Source of the DNA: Chrysomallon squamiferum
Taxonomy: Eukaryota > Animalia > Mollusca
Direction of reading: 5' to 3'
Length of the DNA stretch: 64,000 bases
Assembly (NCBI GenBank): GCA_012295275.1
Contig: CM022670.1
Span: 19,840,001-19,904,000, forward strand
The notes under the pieces are model-generated. The model worked only from the letters and a program-made list of their open reading frames with translations. It made no database searches and was not told where the DNA came from. Shown in pieces: positions 53,821 to 64,000 of the stretch (position 1 is its first letter; each line of letters begins with the position of its first letter). Made by a program: the position numbers and the translations under genes.

Positions 53821-56640
53821 ACCTTTGTTTTTTTTTTTTCCACTTTAACATTTATCTGTTTCTCGTAATTTTGTTGCTGTTTCTCTCTACTTCAATATAT
53901 ATATGTGATGAATTTAAAATAGAGCACAAGCAAACAAACACACACGCACACACACACATACACACATGCACACACATAACATATATTGTTACATACACAC
54001 ATAATTTTCGTATAATCTTTTCTGCTTTGGACACTGTTTCTATTATATTTGTTTAAAAAATTTTCAGTATATTTTACAGTACAGAATTATAAATGCAATC
54101 ATTTTCTTTGACTAATATAGAGCGAAATAATAAAAATGAGAGAGACAAAATGAAAATGAGAGAAAGAAAGTATAAAACAGACTGAATAATAAGAAAAATA
54201 TGTTAAGTGAGAGTAGGTCAAAGAACAAGAGCTTTAGTTATTTATAATCAGAAACTGTATTATCAGAAAATGTGCTACTTGCGAGCTCTACCAAGACTTT
54301 TGTTTCTGGATATTATTTTTAGCTCACCAGTTAAACATGAAAATTTGGTAATATTGTAATAACACTATTCAGTGCTTAGTAAAGTTCGTGACCATTGCTT
54401 TCGGACTTCTAATTGGTGTCAAATTTCAAACAAGGAAGCCCCGTCGTTCAGACAGAATCATCAGAGAGGTAGAATCAACAAGATGTGTTGATTACTTTAA
54501 CAGCCTAACGGTATCTAAATTTGAAAAGTATGGTCGTCTAATCAAGTTACGAAATTTTGTTTTTCGTTTGCAGATAAGTAACGCGATAGAACATGCGCAG
54601 TGAACCATGTTATCACCTACTGAATATTTTACTTACACGTTTGGAAATTATAGCTGCATAATCAAGTTTGAGCTGCATATATTATTTAATCAACAGATGT
54701 TAAATATCAGCCTGTGGCATTGCGTCTAGAATGTTCGGGATCTTCAAGCAGTACCGAGACCATAGGAATTTATATTTTATTAATAGCCTATTAATATACG
54801 TTACTGTCTGAAAATATAAATACTGAATCGCAGCTCACTCGATGCCATGACAGCGTTCAAGATTGACATATTCTGTGAACCTTTATAATTCATCTTCCCT
54901 TCAGTCTCGAACGATTTTATTTTCCTTAAAAAAAAAAAATAAAGTCAGTCCAAACTTTTTTTTCAGTAAGATCATCGTTGACAATCAGCTTACGGGGATT
55001 TAATAGAATTTCGACTTGTTAGACAGTACTATTTATTTCAATCACCACTGTAAAACGCGTGACATTTTAAATTGTCAGATGCACTTATCCTTCTCAACAG
55101 TCAAAACCATTTTCGTGTCAGTTTTAAAGGGTTTTAAAAACAGCTATTAAGTGTCACTTCAAATATTAAATTTTTTGTAAACTGGAATCAGTCGTGTTTT
55201 CGATTTTGTTTTTAAAACCGACGGACATGGTTTCTTAAGGTCGTAATACAACATTACAATATGTTGTTGTTGTTTATATTAACGTTTTATAGAATTTAGA
55301 TTGAATAAAACTGTGAGTTTTGACTTTTAAAAAGTCAGTGTGATCAAAAGTTTCATTAATTTTTATATGGTTTGATAGTTATATACTTTCGCTATTCATC
55401 TGAAAAGAAGTTGCAGTAAAACTTGATAATTTATTTTCAATTTACATACAACTACATGAACAAGCAGACCAAACATTTTGTTATAATACCAGAAAAAGAC
55501 GTAATATTTTTGGGGGGGGGGGGGGGGGGGGGGAGGGGTCTTCGTCAGCTAAGATTATTTTATGGGGAAAAAATATATCGTACAGAGAAATCCTATACAA
55601 ATTCTATACCAAGAAAATTTAGTCTTAGGTTTATATTTGACTTAGAGAAACGGGGATCGATCCAAAGACCATTCAGCAACCAAAATATTCGCTTTCAGCT
55701 ACATTAAGACTACATCCTAATATCTTCAAGTGATGAATAACACAAAGTGACACCATAAGATTGTACTGAAATTGAGACATGAACCAACTAATTGACTAAC
55801 CAACCGTTAAAGCTTTAACATCTTAACATCAAGTCGGTATTAGCTACAACTGCAGTGTAAAAACAATTAGCGAGATAATGGTATAGTTTGTAACCGTGGA
55901 TGAACACAACAGAAACGTTAGTCTAACACAGGGGAAATGAATAATCAGAACGAATAATGAGAAACATCTAGCAATTTCAGAGGATTAGTGCTTTTACCAA
56001 TGATGGTCATCAAGAAGAAAAATTTGTAAACGATACACTCTCTTTGTTGTATTTGCTTCTCAGGAGGACTCATATGCATTTGCCCTCGGACCAAACTGAC
56101 TGGGATAATATGAACTCTCACTCGTGTTAACATGGTGAACTGTCAAGTTCTATCCGTTACTTCGTACGAGTGAAGTTGCCTTTTAAGATAATATTTAAGA
56201 CATCTTGTGCAGCATTCATTATTTTTTTGTATTATTTTATCTCACTTGTTGTTATCTGAAGCGTAAAGTTTGGTAAGTTACCAGTTACAAACATGCTAAG
56301 CGGCCAAACATTCTCAATCATCGACTGATATCGATTTCCACTCTCCCAACAGCGGCGCGGCATTCTTTAGTTTTCATTCGTTGTGAAGTTTCTACAGTGT
56401 CGAGAGTTCGTTAACCGTTACCATTATACCTACAGCGAAAGCCAAGACTTTGATTTTATTTCAGAATTATCACCAAATACAGTTTTATCTGCGATAATTT
56501 TAAATTTATAAAATAGAATAATCTATCAGAAAAATTACTATTAAGATATAAATTGAACCAAAACAAGCAAAGATGTATGCTTATTACACTTAAGTGTTGA
56601 TTGTTATAATACAAAGCCAAAATAAGAAACATCAGTTACG

Positions 56641-57066
56641 ATGTCGATGGCACCTGAGGGTGTCAGTGGCACCGACTTTTACATGGAATGGATAAATTCA
56701 ACAGTTACTACGACATCACCAGAGCTACTTAACAATTCTACAGTTAGTAATAATTTAACACAAACGTCTCCTACTCAGAATAAAATTACAACTTACTCTA
56801 CGGTGACCGAAAGTTTTATGTCATATGATGCCAACAGTACGGATTACTATTATAACTACGATGAATCTGTCAGCTCACTCCCGTTAGACGAGCTTTTGCC
56901 AAATGCCATGGTCTACGGCACGACGTTCTTGCTGGGACTCATCGGCAACATCCTCGTCATCGTCTCCGTCGCTCGGTTCAAGAGGATGCAGAATGTCACC
57001 AACATTTTCTTGCTCAGTCTGGCCACAGCTGATCTTCTTCTTGTGCTTATTTGTGTCCCTGTCAAG
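56641..57066 (+). CDS. First coding exon of a rhodopsin-class peptide GPCR (invertebrate orphan GPRnna14-like / QRFP-like receptor group); partial
   Basis: Ser/Thr-rich N-terminus with several N-x-S/T sites, TM1 VYGTTFLLGLIGNILVI, ICL1 RFKRMQNVTN, and TM2 FLLSLATADLLLVLICVPVK. It ends at the donor AAG|GTAAGA (phase 0). No TM3-7 exon was recognised before 64000. Confidence 0.9.
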
Positions 57067-58732
57067 GTAAGATTTTTGCTGTTGTTTGTTTATGTGTATA
57101 ATGTGACCGAAAGGACCTGAAGAATTTTATTTACTCACATTACTTGTTAAAGGTTGTGTGTACGCTCCTCTCCATGACATTACAATTTTTTTTTCTTTCC
57201 TCAAGGATATAATTTTCTATGCCAATGGTTGGATGCTATAAAGAACAACTTTTTTGCAGAGCTGAAATTTTCCATTTTTACAGTGGTTTAAACTGTCATA
57301 CTTATCTTGTTAGACCCTGATTTGAGGAAGTCACTGTAAATCAAGATGTCCGAATCAGTTGTCCATTGAATGTCAGTGTACTCACTTTCCTATATGTTGC
57401 GAATTGTTCCATTTGTTTGTTTGTTCAGTTTGAGATTAAATTATGACTGCAATGAAATTTTCTGGTTAGAGACAAACAGAGAGACAGACACAGAGACAGA
57501 GAGAGAAAGATACAGGGAGTGAGACACAGAGAGAGATAGAGATTGAATCAAATTATCCAATTATAAACATTTAATTCAGTGTATGCGACGAAATCCAGAA
57601 AATATTATAATCAAAAATAAATTTTTTCAACGACTAAGCACCATAATTTAAACAAACAAAGGAACGTCAAATTAAATTTATGATATAATTAGCAGACCCC
57701 CAAACATAATGAGTTTAAAATAAGAAACCTATTCCTGCCTTTTAACGGATTACTATCGTTAAGTAGAAGTAAAAATGTTCTACATTTACCATCCTTTTGT
57801 TAGAAAAACTAATATCAGGCCTTTGATGCCTCAGATGTGTTGAACTGGTTGGAATGGGAAACATCTCAAAGCACATACCAAGAAAAATAAATCGTTAAAC
57901 TCGTTCAACGTTCTGTCCTGAGGTTGATATCTTTCCTCATTATAATTATATTCAAAGATGAACTCGGAATGATATGGGGAAAAGATAAATAGCTTAAATT
58001 ACACAGGATTCATAAAAAATATTGTTGTTAAAGAAACAGCTATTTTTTTACCAAATTAGCTGCCTTGGATGAACTGCGGTCTATATCATTATTAGCAGCA
58101 TAAAATTATGCAAAATACTCTTTGCTAGAGAAAATCAGATAGATCGTGAAATTTCTTATGAAAGGAGTAGTCCGGTAGAAAGAAAAGACAGACAGAAAAC
58201 GGATGAATGAATGGATATACGAAAGGATGTATAAATAAATAAATAAATAAAAATAAGTAAAAAAAAATCCAAATAATCTAAGAAAATATACGGGGAACAT
58301 AAAAACAGAAGACAAAATGAAGCATTAAAAGCGACTAATAAAAAGCAAGAAACAAGCAAATAATTAGACTATTATCACAATCCTTTTAACTTTAAAGAAG
58401 GATGAAATCAGAGCCACACCACAAAGAGTTCTAATCATTAGTATCTATTATTCGTCTACTTTAGATGTAAGTCAAAGCAAATGAAAACCTAATTTATTTG
58501 ATGAAGATAATATAGTGTTACTGTTAACACGTGCTTTTTGTCTTTTGTAACGTGATATATACTGGAAAAAAATAAATCGATGATGAGATATCTGATAAAG
58601 AATTTTGTGTGTGTATGTTTATGTGTGTGTGTGTGTGTATATATATATATGTGTGTGTGTGTAATTTGAATATCGGATTTACGAATAATACTATTATAAT
58701 AATATATACAAACCATACATACATACATACTT

Positions 58733-58771
<39 letters not shown>

Positions 58772-59102
58772 TTAGGTGTGTATACGTGTAATATACAAAC
58801 ATTTAAGAAAAATGTAAGAACAATCTACTTAGTCAAGTATGGTTATAGAAGATATCGATTACACTGAGTCTTAGTTTTACGCGTCTTTTTTCATTATGTA
58901 CTGATTTTTATAGGAAAGTAGCTCATTTATATTTGTAATTGTACAGTTTATTTTTTCTTTTAGATGTAACATATCTCAAATTAAAGAAATGATTTTCACA
59001 AATGTTTGTAGACGATCATATTCACATTATTGAACATTTCATTAACCAATAAATATATCTATTCCACTTTGGTGATATCCTTTATATATTAAACAACGTC
59101 CC

Positions 59103-59207
<105 letters not shown>

Positions 59208-60045
59208 TATTTCTAGGCATTTTCTCAGTAATTCGGTCTCTCAGTACTCTTTACCATTTTATTTCGCTCTCCAGTTTTTATTAATTTTCTGTAGTTAGAT
59301 GAACTTGCACTGACTGAATGTTATTTATTATAATCATACGTACATAAATATCTAATATATACCGCGGTGTTACCGCCCAGTTCTACTTCCAGTGCATTAC
59401 TTGTCTTGATTCTGTGATTAATGACAATCTTCTAGGATACAGTTGTTCAGTGTCTGTCTTTAACTCTATAAAGCTATATATACACTGCAAAGTACATTTC
59501 TTTTCTGACTTTATCTATTATTTATGTAACTAATAGGCATCACTAGAAATAACATTAAGGTTTTCATTTCCTTGCTTGTGAAATACTCTAATACTCTGTT
59601 TTGATTAGGGAATCGATACGTTTACAAATTCTTTGATCTCTGTTTTGTTACAGCGTTAAAAGCAAATTAATCTGTCTGTACGGTAACAAATTAAGAGATA
59701 TGAACATAATGAAAATGAAAATTACCCAAACAAATAACTAATTTAAAGATTTTTTGGCACAATATGCGAGTTACGAAACAACATTTTATTCAGATTTCTA
59801 AAAGAGCAAAAACTAGACAATACAAATTATAGTCAAAATATGACAGGTATATTTTGTTCAGTACAGTAACCGACTGAAAGGTTTCTTAATACAAAGTTGA
59901 TTAGAGTTCGAAAACTGCGCAATATTGCACACTGACAGTGTGATCTATGATAAATTGTAACTTTTGTTGTACTAAGAAGTGGTTTAAATATTTTATGTAC
60001 ACTTCCAGAAGTAATGTTTGTTTATTTTTTATTTATTTATTTTTT

Positions 60046-60088
<43 letters not shown>

Positions 60089-60875
60089 TTTTTTTATTTA
60101 TTTATTTATTTATTATTATTGTTTTTATTATTATTATTATTATTTAATCTTAATTAATAACGAAGGATAAGATTAGTTTAAAAATAATTATAATTAATAC
60201 TAGTGCGCCTCGAAAGCTACAAGGTCACGACTCCATTTGTGAAGAATCTTTCGCAAACGCTTTATTTTATTACGTGAGTTTATATGTTGCTCAGAATAAT
60301 GAAATACTGAATTTGAAGCATAAACTATTTTTTATCTGATCATTTATTCGTACAACCACAAGTACATTTTCATTTAAAATGTGGTAGATTTTCAATAAGT
60401 GTTTGCCTTTTCTGATTCTCTATTCAGATTTTCTTTCAAAACTGCTGTAAAATTCGAAATCAGTCGAGTTTTGTCAAACTATAATAATAATCATATAATC
60501 ATTTGTCACGTTAATGCAGGCGAATTTAATCATAGATAGCCAGGCGATGTTCGTAGAAGCAGAGATTTATAATCGTAATAAAATTATTTTTTGCTTTGGT
60601 CTTGAAGCTTGTGGCTGATAAAAATGTTCCATTATGACTGATCATCTTGATCTGGGGTAGGAGAAATCGATTTCGCGAAACACGTAAATTTATTGATAAA
60701 ATGTTTAGTAGATTCAGAATTTAAATTAATGGTTAATTTTTTTTTTTTCTAGTGCAAAACTATAACGTTTATTTTATAAATTATTATTATTATTATGTTT
60801 AATTTTCTTTCTTTCTTTCTTCATTTATTATTGTTGCTGTTGATAATAATAATAATAATAATAATAATAATCTAA

Positions 60876-60922
<47 letters not shown>

Positions 60923-61269
60923 TTAATCATTTATTATAAACTAAGGTTGTTTGCTAGCGAAAAACAGTATGGTTATTCATAAAGCCTTCTATGTGAATTA
61001 TTGAAACATTTCACTTTTCTATCGTCACTTCTTGAGACAGCGATTATGAAGACCTGTCACTGTGTTCATATATATGATTTGTCTACATTTATACATTCAT
61101 TATTTCATTCATTTAAACAAGTTTATATCTTTGTATGCAAGTACTGCAGTAAACATAATTATTGTTTATCTGTGTATGTCTACTTCAGTGTGATTTGTGT
61201 AATTGTCTCTGTGTAATTACGTGTACGTTTATTTATGTGACAGATGAGAATATTGTTGTGTGAGTATCT

Positions 61270-61515
61270 TACAAATACATCCGATCCTGGATAAAACAAC
61301 TAGTTATTCTGACGTGAATCTTGGTGAAAATATTAACCCTTTCTTTTAATTTTTTTAATATAATTCTGGATAAGATAATTAGTTATTTTGAGGATTCTTT
61401 AAAATCTTTATGAACTATTAAACCCTTTCTATTAAATTTACAAATACTCCTGATTCTGGGTAAGACAGTTAGTTATTTTGACATTTTTTTTAAAATCTTG
61501 CTGAACTATTAATAA
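61270..61515. repeat. Degenerate ~80-90-bp tandem repeat, 3 copies
   Basis: CTGG(A/G)TAA...TAGTTATT(C/T)TGA...AATCTT...TATTAA recurs at ~61287, 61366 and 61456. Confidence 0.7.
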
Positions 61516-61885
61516 ATTTAGCAGTTCTGATTTAGTGAAGGAACATGACGAAGGAACTGAATTATTTTTTAATACCTTTCTGCCACCATTACGGCATTTA
61601 TTCCAGTGCCTCAAAAATCTCATAAATAAAAGCAGAGGCTGATCGAGAAAAGAGAGGATATATTGAGGTAAAAGTGAATAACTTTCAGTACGTTTAATTA
61701 TAAAGACAACTGAATTTTACTTTAACGTAATGAAAACTCTGTTTGATTCATATCAAAATTTTAACTGAGTGAAAAGGAAGATAATTTATTTATTTGTTAT
61801 TTTTAATTTAAATAATTTTTGTATATCTATGTAAATAATATGAATATTTTTGCTTTTGAATTATGAATAATATTTTAAGGACTGT

Positions 61886-61916
<31 letters not shown>

Positions 61917-61983
61917 TTATTTGTGAGTTTGTTCTGTAGTTCATATTGTTTTTGCTGTTACTGTCTTGACGTTATTGCTCTTA

Positions 61984-62233
61984 CAGATTGAGGACCCTTG
62001 CCCAACATTCCTTACAATTTTCGAATTTTTATGCATATAAAAACAGCATTTTGTTCACAAAATTATCAAAAATATTAATTTAAAAATCCTCCAGATTATC
62101 TGTGTAAACTGTATATGAAAAATAAACAGATTACATATTTAGACGTAGATTCTATTCTCATGCTATTTCCTTATGTTCCAAAATCCGAAACACTTCCGGT
62201 CCGAAGGATTTCGGAAAAAGGATTCTCAAGCTA
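61984..62233. mobile_element. pogo/Tigger-type MITE (~250 bp) flanked by TA
   Basis: Left end TA|CAGATTGAGGACCCTT; right end TCCAAAATCCGAAACACTTCCGGTCCGAAGGATTTCGGAAAAAGGATTCTCAAGCTA|TA. The ends are imperfect inverted repeats. The right end resembles the Tigger4/MER46 terminus as I recall it. Confidence 0.65.
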
Positions 62234-62268
62234 TACTACTTTTATTATTATTAATAATATATAATTCA

Positions 62269-62325
<57 letters not shown>

Positions 62326-63807
62326 GTCATTGTTGTTGTTGTTGTCTGAGAATTTAAAAAAAAAGAAAGAAACTAAACTATTTTATTCTAGATTTTATAT
62401 TTTAAATATATTTCCTTTATTTTTTTATTATTATTTTTTTTTTTTTTATTTACCTTGTATTTGTATGTTTATTTGATCATTCATTCTAAGAATATAACTG
62501 CAGCACAATGCGAAAATGAAGTAACCAAACTTTTCAGCACAAATTAACCTGAAATTGGTTTGAATTGGACATTATGTAAATTTGGCCGAACGCAATCAGT
62601 TTATTTTAACTGAGAAAATAGAATAAATTGTTTTAGGTGCACACGACCTTGTCGCCGTAAATAAAATGCAAATACAACCAGTGCTAGGGATATTGGTCTA
62701 AGCCACGAAACACAGAAATAAGCTTTTTGTTCTCTTTTCACTTTACACAGCCAATAAGGCCACTTAGCTGTCAAAACCAGAAGCGTTATCAGCTGGCTTC
62801 GTTCCGCCAAAAAGCCTGACTTTCTTATTTTATCACGATGACCATGAATTTATAGTTTTTCTTAATTTTCATCTTTACTTCCGTGTGTTTTTCACAAGCT
62901 TTCTTTGTTTTTCTCTCTTTTTAATTTTTTTTATATCATTCATTCATTCATTTTTTTTCCCTGTTACATTTCGTTCTTTCTTTCTCGACCTTTCTCGTTC
63001 CTTGCTCCTTTGTCTTCTTTTTTTTTTGGTCTTTTTTTAAATCTACTTATACAGACGTTCTTATTGAAAAGTCTTCTTTTCTTTTTTTTTTCTTTTTCTT
63101 TTTAAAATACGTTTTACAAATTTACTAACAAAATAAATTACTTTAGTTTCTTAACCGTTCAAATTCAACACGAAACTGTCATTAAAACGTTCATCTAGGT
63201 TCTGAGCTGACACAAACACATTAATTGATTAAGAGGACCACCGCACTTTCAGCTTATCAAGTCATCAACGATAAATCACAAATCACGAAAACAGGACCGC
63301 GAAGGTCAGTCATCGAGAAACAATTAAACAAAAAATTTTGTCGACTCACGAGGATAGCAACGTCGTCATTTATGAAAAAAAAAGGAGGTAAAGATGTAAT
63401 AATTTCAATTCTTGCAGAAAAAGTAATCATTATAGATTTATTTTACTATTTTTTCGCTATAGACTTTAAGCTTGTCCAGACAGCTCTGTTGTTTACGCTT
63501 ATGAACGGGAAACAACATCGTGAGAGATATTATTTAAATTCTGTTCAAAAGGAAGACTGTTTTAGAAGAGTCAGTGTTGTTACTATACCTATTGAGCTGA
63601 CTGAACAGATATACCTCTACTAAGGTACAATCCGAACCTCTCTATATAATGTATATGCTGATATTGCAACTACAATGTCTAAATCTGGTTATTTTTGGGT
63701 TCATGATATTTTTATTTTTCTCTATCAGTCTGTTTATTTATATAAAACACACACACACCCATGCACCTGTATATAAATAGGTTAGTACGTATGTAGGTGT
63801 GTATGTG

Positions 63808-63845
<38 letters not shown>

Positions 63846-64000
63846 AATACATGTATAAACATGCATATATAAATCCTTGCATGCATACATAAAATCATAT
63901 ATATGTGTGTTCATATGTACGTGCATACTCATACATACACATACATGCATACTTATATATATAATTATAGCTTTTATATTGATAATACTTCCATTTTTTT

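Overview
AT-rich, microsatellite-rich animal genomic DNA with spliceosomal introns. A lophotrochozoan, probably a mollusc, is inferred from composition and the LINE type; this is not proven. Bases 1-15,000 hold no convincing coding exon, only GC-richer islands dense in transcription-factor-like motifs. Next come two tandem arrays (one a ~367-bp satellite with a fold-back), an internally deleted LINE relic, and a compact gene cluster. The cluster is: intronless KAT8/MOF (+), 6-exon TMEM59 (-), a 17-exon gene (+) encoding a GCN5-like GNAT acetyltransferase, a coiled coil and a PARP-like catalytic domain with a C-Y-E triad, and a 6-exon gene (+) encoding a probably N-myristoylated protein with a C-terminal ubiquitin-like domain. 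The first coding exon of an orphan class-A peptide GPCR follows, and a pogo/Tigger-type MITE lies in its intron. The most unusual element is the GNAT-PARP fusion gene, which the ORF track shows only as fragments. All exon models were spliced by hand and checked for phase; no database searches were run.
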